Source of the DNA: Chrysomallon squamiferum
Lineage: Eukaryota; Animalia; Mollusca
Assembly (NCBI GenBank): GCA_012295275.1
Contig: CM022677.1
Coordinates: 7,564,001 to 7,628,000, forward strand
Length of the DNA stretch: 64,000 nucleotides
Direction: 5' to 3'
The translations under genes were made by a program, and so were the position numbers. The notes under the pieces were generated by a model. The model made no database searches and was not told where the DNA came from. It was given only the letters and a program-made list of their open reading frames with translations. Below, piece by piece: positions 43,761 to 54,458 of the stretch. How positions within the stretch are numbered: the stretch's first letter is position 1; the number at the start of each line of letters is the position of its first letter.

Positions 43761-45440
43761 TGGCAAGTTTGCTGTTCATCTTATCTAGACGAAATATCAT
43801 CACATTCCTTCCTCTCTACAAACAATTATTAGTAGTAAATACTGTCTTAGAATGACTTAGAAAATATCCTTTTGACCTGAAAAACAGAAATATTTGCAGA
43901 TTGTGTTGAATGGTTTAATTATCTAAATCTGTTGTATTTCAAGGATTTTCTGTCTGAAATGTTTAATTACGTGTGCACACATGGACAGGAAGACACATTT
44001 CACTTTCTTTTATAATGGAGCCAGAAACAGTCTGGTGTAAGCACTAATGTGATTTGATTCTGTGACTACCCACACTTCATACACTGACTTACACATTGAC
44101 TAGTGAGAAGTGTTTGATAATCATACAGAAAACACAGCAGTCAGTTTAATTCATAGTTTACAGTTTTCTCTTTCACTTTATTCCAGTGATTAACCACTGT
44201 GAAATAAAATACATGATAACCAATTTGACTAGAAAATAAAATAAGGAAAGAAAATAATTAGGAAAAGCAGCTAAAAAAAATTCATAAATCATGTTTCTCC
44301 TCGATATAACAGCTATTGAAACAGCTATTATTTTACTAATTATTTATTTATTATTATTTTTATTATATGTAAATTAACAGAATTTAACTTTAAACACTGT
44401 AAATGTTTAAAAAAAAGACAAAAAATTAAATCTTGTATTTCACATAATCCTAATTTTCATTTAGAATTTAACAATTTATAAAACTGTTTATTTCTTTAAA
44501 ACATTATTCCAAAATCTGTAGAAATTAATGGTGGTTTAAGACCTGGAACAGACACAATACAAGATAAATTATTAATGGAGCTCAGTGTGGAATGGGAAAC
44601 GGTAATGTTTCAAGGATAGAGTGAGCTCTGGGATCATTTCAGATTCTTATTTATTAAAACTAGTTGTAATAAAAAAAACATTTATCAATTCAAATACTAG
44701 TATATTAAAAATTTAACAAACTATTAATCATATATATATGTATGTTATAAGTTTTAATATACTTCTATGTTATATTTACAGATGACTGAACTTCCACTGC
44801 AGTCCATGTTGTCCACGATGTTGATCATGTCAGTTCATGTGACAGAATTCTCACAGTTGTCTCCATGTTGTTTGGGCAGTATGTTCTCTACACACCAAAG
44901 GTTTGAAACTGCTGGGTTTTATAGGTTTCAAAGATATAATTAAACTAATATTATATAAGAAAATAAGTAAAACAGAAAAGTTATTATTAACAAAAATCTT
45001 ATATACAACATCCTATGTTTTTGAAATTAAAAAATAAATAAATAAAAAAGATAACAGCAAAGTGAACTCTTTATTATTAAAATCCAAGAAAAAAAGACAT
45101 CCAAAATAGTATTTTGTTTATTTATGGTGAACAATCTTGTTAATTATAAAGTTTGACACAAAACTGAAGAAACTTGCTGGTTATGAACACTAAAAATTAT
45201 AAACTTCTGTATTTTAAAAAAAATAACAGACAAGCAGATAATTTTCAAGAGATATCTTAATAATGGTATAAGATGTAAAATGTATTTATTATGACTAAAT
45301 AATTTGTAATTTTTAATACATCAGGTAACTTTTAAATAATAATTTGCTATCCTTTCCAATGATAAATGTTATAGTTTTTAAGTAAATCAATTTTATTTAT
45401 TAGGGTTATCAGTGATAAGTTCTGTTTACTACTTTTACAG

Positions 45441-45628
45441 GATACACAAGCCCTTGCTGACCACAACAAGTTCTATCAGGCCAAGGATGACCACTTGACC
45501 AGGATTGTAGTACAATTCAGTGAAGAACAATCACTTCTCCAGTTCGTGGTGTTAAAAGAAATTGGTACCAACTCAGAAACTCATATGAGTTCAATGTTTT
45601 GTAATCAAATGCTGAGTATAATGGAAAG
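45441..45628 (+). other. Possible isolated coding exon of unknown product
   Basis: Acceptor ttttacag| and donor |gtaatt, with an open frame throughout (DTQALADHNKFYQAKDDHLTRIVVQFSEEQSLLQ...). Exon-like neighbours lie at ~44782-44899 and ~46122. Confidence 0.25.
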
Positions 45629-46880
45629 GTAATTCAGTTTACAACTAGACTTTATAAACTGTAAAATATAAATCATTTAATGCTATATGAGAATATTTTA
45701 ATATTTTTATTATATATAATTTTCTTTTTTTAAATAATGGTATCTGTAGATGCAAAGACATGACATTGATACAGCAGTTGGGAGAAAAGGACTGTACTTT
45801 AGAAAATGTATCTTCAAAAATTAACACATAAATATTACTGATCTTACTTCTTGTCAATTTTTATAAAATATATTAATTTATGTACTTAATTAAAAGTAAA
45901 ATGGAAGTTACTGCTTTAAGAAAGAAAATATATATATATATACAATGAAAAATAGAGGTCCAACAAGACTGTTTAAATAAATATAATTAAACTTTATTTT
46001 ATTTCAGTTAAATTAACTGTACTTATTATTGGCTGAAAACATTTCTTCAGATTCAAATGATAAAATATAAAATTATAGTGGGTCTTGTTAAAATGTTTGA
46101 ATGTAATATTTTATATTTCAGTCACCACAGAAAGCTATTAACAAGAACTGATGTACACTGAATCTAAATGACTTGACAAGTTTGCCTCCAAGTTCTTCAG
46201 GTTTTCTGACTACCGAACTAAGTAAACAGAAGATAAAACATCTCCACAGTAAATATAAAGAACTGAATAACTGGATAAAATAACATTTTAAAAACATTAC
46301 TTGTGTGAATCATGGACTGTTCTTATTGAAGAATTTATAATATTGTGATACTGAATTTAGATTCAAAGTTACAATGTTGTTCATGAAAGATGTGATCAAA
46401 TTTATTCAGTATACTGAATGTTTGGACCAGACACAGCACCAAGTACAGGCAAGTCTGTGGTAAAAGAAGTTACTTTTTTAAAATGATTTAGTGTCAGAAA
46501 TCCTTTATTACTGACTTAAAATAAAAGTACAGACTTCGTATTAAAAAATGTTTGGTTTAAGGGAGATACTTTTTTTTAAATTTAATTTTATATTTTTAAA
46601 TAATTTTGTTTTGAAAGAATACTGTACTTAATAATCTAATCAAAACTTAAAATAAATAAATACAAAGAGTTCTGGTAAAAATGTACCCTATAAAACATCG
46701 TTAAAACATAAAATGGAATCAGTTAACCTATTTAAATAACAGAGTTGAACAGACTGGCTTTTGGCTTTTTTACCAAATGTACTTTAACACCCGAAGGTGC
46801 ATAGTCACGTGACATAACGTCATCTAAAAAAAAAAAAAAAAAGTATAGGGTGGGGGGAGTGAAAGACAAGACATGATATA

Positions 46881-47075
46881 TTGTCAACCTAACTCTTGTG
46901 ATTTGTAAAAAAAACAAAGATCTTCATTACTGGCTTTTGGCTTTTTGACCAAAAGTACTTTTAACCCAAAGGTGCTTAAGCTTCGCCCGAAGGAGCATAA
47001 GTTAAAGTACATTTGGTCAAAAAGCCAAAAGCCAGTAATGAGGATCTTTGCAAATCATAAGAGTTAGGTTGACAA
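46881..47075. repeat. Terminal hairpin type A (complete palindrome)
   Basis: ttgtcaacctaactcttgtgatttg..caaagatcttcattactggcttttggctttttgaccaaaagtacttttaac pairs with gttaaagtacatttggtcaaaaagccaaaagccagtaatgaggatctttg caaatcataagagttaggttgacaa. The branched centre contains cttcg/cgaag. Confidence 0.85.
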
Positions 47076-47304
47076 CTAAACTCTTGTTATTGAAAAAAAA
47101 AAAAAAAAAAGTTCCCCATGATTGGCTTTTGGCTTTTGGCTTTTTAACCAAATGTACTTTTGACCCGAAGGTGATAATGTTCCTTCGGGCAAAGCCAAAA
47201 CCTGAAGTTAAAAGTACATTTAGTTAAAAAGCCAAAAAGCCAAAAGCCAATATGAGTTAAACTTTTTTTTTTACAATAACAAGAGTAGAGTTGAAATATA
47301 TCAT
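47073..47304. repeat. Terminal hairpin type B / left inverted terminal repeat
   Basis: attggcttttggcttttggctttttaaccaaatgtactttt..ccgaagg..ccttcgg..aaaagtacatttagttaaaaagccaaaaagccaaaagccaat. Segment 47207-47302 is the reverse complement of ~52169-52267. Confidence 0.85.
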
Positions 47305-47483
47305 GATTTTCTGCGACTTCTTTTTTTTTTTTTTTTGTTAATAATGTTATTTTTCATTGTATTTATATATAAAATTAATATGACAAAGTAAATTTAATTA
47401 TTTAACTTTTATTAACGTAACAATGTAACTATGATTAACATTTTAAACAGCATCAGTGATATCATTTGTTTATGATATAATAT

Positions 47484-49616
47484 TCATTTATAGGAACGAA
47501 AAATGTCAAACACTTTATAATTAATTTGCGATGGCAGAATAATGTTTTCAATATCAATGTCCAAAGCTTGGTTATTATTCATATACGCTTCTGGAACTGT
47601 ATTATCAGCAGGGTTATTGTCATCTTCAGATGCTATAAACAGATCTTGAGAATGTTCATCTGACGTGTTACCACTTATCATATCACAGTCTGATCGTTTT
47701 GCTTTCAGAAGTTTTCGTTTCTTCTTTGGAGATTCATTGATGATGTCTTCATTCTGATTGAGATCTTTCTCTTCATTTTCTATATAGGCTTCGATGTTAT
47801 CGTATTGCCTCTTTACTCCACATGATTCTTGTGATTCGTTGTCAAAAGAGTCATGGAAGTAACTATACTTAGCTTGAATTGTCTTGTCGTTTTGTAGTGG
47901 ATTGAGTTTATCGTTAAAGAATTGTTTATCGTTTTCAATCGGAACCATTATTTCGTCTTCGGATGGATCTTCGCACAAGGTGAATAATTTAGGATGTAGC
48001 AATCCGTAAGCTCGTTTTAGTGTATTGCTTTTCTTCAAGTGCTCGATGAAGTACAATCTAGTTTTCATAATACTCATTGGGTTGATGTAATGTTCTGTCC
48101 AAAAGGAATGTTGCTGTTTAAATTACATAAGCTTGCTTTGCAATACACCGGTGTCGTTCCCTTTCGCTCTCATGTTGCCTTACTGCCACTGAGAAGATCT
48201 TTGTATTTGTCTATGTTTACTTGGGTAATAGCTATTTCTTCTCTAATAACAATTTTTTTGTCACCCAGCATCTGCCATGGAAAATTGTCTTTCGCTATTT
48301 TACCGGAACATGTCAAAGGTTCAAACAAACTCGACGACAACATTGTCTTGCCGGAATCGCTCTCACCTTGTAAATAGATTCCAATTTTCTTTTTGCCTTT
48401 GCCTTTCAAAAGGGTATTCATTAGTACATAGAACCATCACTCTGGTATCTCTTGTTCCTGGCACCAACTGTTAAATAGTTTCAAAGAATCTTCTGGTGTC
48501 ATATAGTTTTCTAGGTTATCGTCGAGAGCTTTTATCTAATCGTAGGCACTTTTATCTGCTTGTTCCATTAGGTATTTGGTTCTTGCTGCTTTAAATATTT
48601 TTTTTCCAGATATGTTGGCAACAGCATTACAAAGAGCTTTAAATTCATTGCGATGTATCGAATTTGCTTTTGAGCATATTGAGTTTATTCACATCTGGAT
48701 ACTTCTGAACCAATTTGTCAAAAAAGTCGAATGTGTCTGCTGATTTGGTAGACATGAGGTGACTTGGAATCTTTTCAGGCTTGTTAGTTGGAATATCATC
48801 ATCAATGTCTATAATGTTCTTTGTTTCTTGATTTATCTCCTTTACTGTCATTCCTTGTCCATGTTGTAACACGTCACTGTGTTCATTTAAAAATTCCTGA
48901 ACCGTCATTTTTTTCTTGGGAGGCTTAACTTCAAATGTCTTTATATCTTCGTTGATAGACGTGTCTTCGAATACAGTATTTTCATTATAATTATCTTTTA
49001 GCCAGTTTTTTTCTTGATCCAGTAATAGATTCCATTTATTGAGCATGTCCGGACAATTTGTTCCTAAAAACATTTTCTCGTCATCTCTTATTAAGTAGTT
49101 CATGAATTCAGATACAGAGTATTTGTATGGCTGACGTAACTTCCTTAACTTTATATACCCTTTTTCAGCCAGAACAGCTCAGTGTAAACGTCTATACTGA
49201 CGATCTTGACTTGGATGTGTCATCGTTGTTTTCCATATGATATGGACATGACTTCCATTTGTAGGTATGTTGGAGTCCATATCACACGATTTATCGTGGT
49301 ACACTAACAGCATCTTCCAGTTTTTATTCCTTAACATGTTTTTAAGTTCAGTTATCACTCTATCCTGACCTCTCATCATGAACTCCGATTGCGGAGTCGA
49401 CCAATGGTCCACGCACTTGTCTAGAATGTCTTGGTGGTCCATGACGAAACTCTTGATATAATTCTTTCCCATGGCGTAAACATATTTTCCGTTCTTATCT
49501 TTCGCAAGGCATCTTGGAACCAGATAGTTGGGATGCACCAAGTCGTACTCTTTATGTCCCAATATAATTGAGTAATATTCAGAAGTATTAGTAGCGTCTT
49601 CAATATATTTCTCCAT
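47484..49616 (-). pseudogene. NS1: Parvoviral NS1/Rep (HUH endonuclease + SF3 helicase), ~710 codons, disrupted
   Basis: HUH motif HVHIIW (49233-49250) and catalytic-Tyr-like NYLIRD. Walker A GESDSGKT (48344-48367), Walker B IVIREE, B' KDLLSG, motif C LNSN and Arg finger KTRL. Acidic tail with PKKKRK. In-frame stops at 49179, 48536, 48437 and 48170; frameshifts near 48655 and 48080. Confidence 0.9.
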
Positions 49617-49701
49617 AGTGGTGCTGGATTATAACTATGCTTCTTTTAACGTGTAGCAAGTCAGTTAATGACAAACGACAAAAATATTTTTGAACGTCAG
49701 C

Positions 49702-49760
49702 TTTATTTATACCAATATTTACATGACGTCATTGATATGACGTAACGAGATGTTACGTGA
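49702..49760 (-). promoter_or_regulatory. Putative NS promoter: TATA box plus clustered CRE/ATF-like ACGT sites
   Basis: TATAAATAAA on - at 49702-49711, palindrome ATGACGTCAT at 49723-49732, TGACGTAA at 49738-49745 and TTACGTGA at ~49753. The TATA lies ~90 nt upstream of the NS1 ATG. Confidence 0.6.
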
Positions 49761-49864
49761 TCTGTAACACAACAGACTTTTCACTGTGTTCTTACAAATA
49801 GTTCTTTTAAAATAGTAATTAACGATAAGTAGTAAAATAACTAATATGAACAATGAATAATTAT

Positions 49865-51969
49865 TTAAATAGGATAAGAATAATCAGTTTCGTTTTCTTT
49901 AATTGGAACCGTTCTGTCTCCGTATGTTCCATGTAATGGCCAGACAACTCGTCGCCTCGACTTTCTTCGATTCGAATTGTCCCATATAGGAGCGGCAATT
50001 CTCATTTCCCATGTTTTACGTATTCGTTCGACATATTGTTGTGCATTTTCACTTAAGAATTGATCTTGTTCAGTATGTTTAACGACATCTTTATTTCCGG
50101 CTACATCCTTACCATATATATACAGATCTCTCATGGGACCTGGACAACCACCTAATCCTATAGGAATATACTTAGGACAAAATCCTGTTCTTACTATGAA
50201 CTCTACTTCACTGTAATATGTAATCTGTAGATTAGCATGATAATTAAAAAAAATAAGGTGTTGCCACTACTAGTCTTTTCTACGTCTGGGTATATACCAA
50301 TGAGAAACATAGGTGGTCTGTTACATTGATAAGCTCTTCTATATTATAATTCTGAGCACTAATGTCATTTGCGGTTACTCCTTTTTTAGCAAGTTTATTC
50401 GAAGGATCACTTGCCATAGCAGGTGCACCCAATTGTTCACCTGCAGCATTTTGAAAACACGCTTTATAGTCTACATTTCTATATTGATGATTAAAGTAGT
50501 CATTACTTTTGCATAAGGATGAAGTGCAACATCAGTTAGAGTTAACTCATGAGTGGGCCATACTTCCAATGTTTTTGAACTTTCATTGCTACACTGATAA
50601 TTGCCTTTTTTAACCTTTCCTGTGACATGAGTAAATGCCAACATATGACTAGTCTCTCCAGGAAATAATACCAACGGAGAATCTTTACAAGTATAATCGA
50701 GAGCAAAGCCACCTGCACTTATAACGGTTTCTCTATAACCATCATGTTTCTTAATGTTATAGATGTAATTAGGATCAATAGCTTTAAAAGTATTATCAGT
50801 TACTTTTGTCCAACCATTATTTAGCAATTGCATACCGACATCACCTGTTAGATACATGTATCTGTCAGGCTGTTTAGGTATCGCTCTATTCGATGTTTGA
50901 TCCATGCACTCTTCATCTCTGAATAAATCATTATGACTTTTGCTGTTATCAGCTGTATGAGGTATTCCTTAATCATTATGTAAGTCTGTAAATGTCCATA
51001 CTCGGGCATTAGGAGGAGCCATGATAGGAACTTCATTGGAATCAGCTTTATTATTATTTAAAACATGAATTGTCATGTTATTTATATTAAATCCGAATCT
51101 CTTGATCTTATATCCTACAAACTCATCTGGTAAATTCCAGTCTTCTGGTCGTGTACTGGCTTGTTTATACCAATAAGGTATAATATGACCACCATGATTA
51201 AAAACTAACTCACAAGCGGATGGATCACCTATAGCATTTGTCCACCCAAGATTAGTTGAATTATTAAGAACTGTCATCTTAGCTTTGGTATGCATATCAA
51301 AATTAATAGCACTAGTAAATGTTCTTTTAAATGTTTCTGTTACTTTGATGTATCTAAGATCTGTACCTCTAGTAGTTCCTCCAAATCCTTGATATAGTAC
51401 ATTGTTTCCAGTTGCAGATGCCATTGGTGCTCCTTGAACAGCTTCGCTACCACTAGTATCTGTTACTTTGTTACCAGAAACAGAATCTGCATCCATAACA
51501 GATTCATTTGGTTGTAAATAAGTTCCTTTAGCGTTACTATTTCCAACGACATCATCTGATACAGTTGTAGATAACTGTGGATTATCTTTTCGTTGCTTTT
51601 TAGATGGAAAAAAGTCTTCTTTTGTACATTTTCTTTTGTCTGCGTCCATTATTTCGTTTGGTTCTTGTTCTTCTTCTGAGTATAGAGGCGAATTAAAAGG
51701 GTCTTCTTCGTCCGAATCTTTAGTATCGTTATATTCGTTCCGAATATTATGTATTGCCGAATAGTAAACTTTAGTAGGTATTTGTAGATTTGGATATCGA
51801 CGTCGAATTTGTAACCACTTTTCTTCAGCTTTATCCCTAGGTACGTTTAGACTTTGTAATATGCTAAGAGCTTTAGACTTTGTAATATGCTAAGAGCTTT
51901 AGACTTTGCTATAGCCCACAAACGTGTTACTTCTTTCTTGTTTAGTAACCGTTTTCCTTTGTTGCTCAT
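49865..51969 (-). pseudogene. VP: Capsid gene copy 2 (VP1 start 51969, VP2 start 51649), full length but disrupted
   Basis: Colinear with copy 1 (GAPMASATGNNVLYQGFG, NHGGHIIPYWY, KKHDGYRETVISAGGF, YIPIGLGGCP). A 26-bp duplication at 51846-51897 breaks VP1u; removing it makes 51969 to 51649 exactly 98 codons. Stop at 50969 and frameshifts downstream of ~50500. Confidence 0.85.
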
Positions 51970-52140
51970 TAAACAGGTTTATATGTGTTCATATAATTTA
52001 TGTTCTCTTCTTTTTCTTCTTTATCCTTATTGTCAACAGATGACTCAGATATGTCCTTTTTTGCAATAACAGCAGGAAATTCTTCAATTGCTTCTTTAAT
52101 TTGATCTTTAGTATAGTTCGCAATAGCTTCCACAGATGAA
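51969..52140 (-). pseudogene. 5'-truncated upstream ORF (ORF-X copy 2)
   Basis: SSVEAIANYTKDQIKEAIEEF is homologous to SSVEGIASYTKTQIKDALDQF in 54451..54819. Its stop overlaps the VP1 ATG (TAATG). It is cut by telomere-associated sequence at ~52140. Confidence 0.75.
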
Positions 52141-52141
52141 A

Positions 52142-52560
52142 AATGTGGGGGTGAAGAAAAACATGACCTGATATATTTCAACTCTACTCTTGTTATTGTA
52201 AAAAAAACAAAGTTTAACTCATATTGGCTTTTGGCTTTTTGGCTTTTTAACCAAATGTACTTTTAACCCGAAGGTGATCGCGTTCCTTCGGGCGAAGACG
52301 ATAACCTAACTCTTGTGATTTGTAAAAAAAACAAAGATCTTCATTACTGGCTTTTGGCTTTATAACCAAAAGTACTTTTAACCCGAAGGTGCTTAGGCTT
52401 CGCCCAAAGGAGCATAAGTTAAAGTACATTTGGTCAAAAAGCCGAAAGCCAAAAGCCAGTAATGAGGATCTTTGCTTTTTTTACAAATCACAAGAGTTAG
52501 GTTGACAACTAAACTCTTGTTATTGTAAAAAAAAAAAAAAAAAAAAAAAGAGTTAGGTTG
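52142..52560. repeat. Second telomere block: half hairpin B (right ITR), complete hairpin A (52303-52503) and restart of B
   Basis: Same stems, TGGCTTTT iterons and ccgaagg/ccttcgg loops as 46881-47304, with an identical A-B junction gagttaggttgacaactaaactcttgttattg. Confidence 0.85.
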
Positions 52561-54458
52561 TTCTGTATGCTTAACATTGTCTTTATTTCCTACAGGTGTA
52601 GTATCGTTCAATTTAAAAAAAAGTCCTGACATATTACCTGACGGACATCCACCCAAACCTATAGGTATGTATTTTGGACACATGGCCGTTCTGACTAAAA
52701 ACTAAACCTCGCTATAATAAGTTATTTGTATGTTAGCATGGTAATTAAAGAATAATGTAGCTCCGTTGCTAGTTTTCTCTACATCAGGGTATAAACCTAT
52801 TAGGAACATAGGAGGTCTATTGCATTGATACGTACGTCGGTGTTTACCGTCCATGCACGTGTTCACATTTGGATTATCTAAATCATTGCTAGATATACCG
52901 CTTTTACCTAGTTTGGTGCTAGCATCATCTGCCATCGATGGTGCTCCTAAATCTTTACCAGCTTTATTTTGATAACAAGCTGAATAGTGTACATTTCTGT
53001 ACTGATGGTTAAAATAGGTAGTGATAGCAGTCCCTAATGGATGTTTAGAAGTGTCAGTTACTGTTACTTCGTGTGTAGGCCATACCTCTAAGTTAGCTTT
53101 GTTTTCGTTGCTAGACTGATAGCTATCGTTCTTAACCGTACCAGTAATCTGAGTAAAGTTTAATGTATGACTTGTTTCTCCTGGAAATATAACTAAAGGT
53201 GAATCTTTACATGTATAATCCAAACCGAAACCACCTGCACTAATAACTGTTTCTCTATATCCATCGTGTTTTTTCATATCGTATATGTAATTAGGTGTTT
53301 CAGCAGTATAAGTCGCACCCTCACTGTTCCAAGCACTGTTTAACAGTTGCATACCTATGTCACTAGGCAAATATAATTTACGATCTGGTTGAACCGGTAT
53401 GCTTCTTTGAGATGTGTTGTCCATACATTCTTCATCTTTGAATCGATTATTATGAGATAGGTCCAAATGTTTATCAGGTAAGCCATAATCATTATAAATA
53501 TCTGTAAATGTCCAAACTCGTGCATTTGGAGGTGCCATTACTGGTACTTCATTTGGATCTGATTTAGTATTATTTAAAACATGTATTATCATATTATTTA
53601 TATTAAATCCGAATTTTTTAATTTTATAGCCTACAACCTCATCAGGTAAATTCCAATCGCCTGCCTTCGTGCTAGCTGCTTTATACCAATAAGGTATAAT
53701 GTGACCACCATGATTGAATGTAAATTCACATACATTTGGATCACCTATTGCATTTTTCCATGCTGAAGCATCTGTTGCATTATCTATAATTGACATAGTA
53801 GCTTTTCTTTGTTTAGAGAAATTAATCTCACTAGTGAATGTTCGTTTAAATGTTTTTTTAATGGTAATATACCTCGGATTAGCTCCAGACGTTGTATCTC
53901 CAAATCCTTGGTATAAAACGTTATTTCCTGTAGCAGAGGCCATAGGAGCACCTTCTACGGCTTCACTTCCACCTGTATCAGTTACCTCTTCGTTCATGAT
54001 AGAATCAGGTTCCATTACGGACTCTTGAGGTTGAAGATACGTTCCTTTGGAATTAGATTGATCCAATACATCTTGTGATATCCTCGTAGATAGTTGATTA
54101 TTATTAGGAACTTTGGAGCTAGATCCTCCTCCAGGTTCGATGTTTTGTCGTTTCATGCCTTGTTGTTCTGATGCTTTTAATGCTTGTTCGTCTTCTGGGT
54201 ATATAGGCGTATTAAAGGGTCCTCTTCGTCTTGATCTTCAATATGGTTATATTCGTTCCGAATATTTTGTATTGCCGAATAGAAATCTTGATTTGGAATC
54301 TGTAAATTTGGATATTGACGTCGAATTTGTAACCACCTGTTTTGGCACTGATCCACCGGCACATTTATCTCTGATAATATATCAAATGCTTTAGCTTTAG
54401 CTATAGCCCAAAGTCTGGTAACGTCCTTCTTGTTTAATATACGTTTCCCTTTATTCAT
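52561..54458 (-). pseudogene. VP: Capsid gene copy 1 (VP1 start 54458, VP2 start 54156; 484-aa open stretch), 3'-truncated by the hairpin block
   Basis: ORF 52702..54156 ends at a single TAG and continues in frame as FLVRTAMCPKYIPIGLGGCP...KHTEQ up to the telomere junction at 52560. A 1-nt deletion at ~54215 separates VP1u from VP2. Motifs IIPYWY and PPMFLIG are densovirus-capsid-like. Confidence 0.85.

Noticed and set aside
49421-49603. Overlapping NS2-like ORF
   Set aside because: TTG start, only 60 codons and no recognisable motif. A decayed NS2 cannot be excluded but is unsupported.
53714-54394. + strand ORFs suggesting ambisense coding
   Set aside because: They are antisense shadows of VP, and equivalent ORFs are not evident in VP copy 2.
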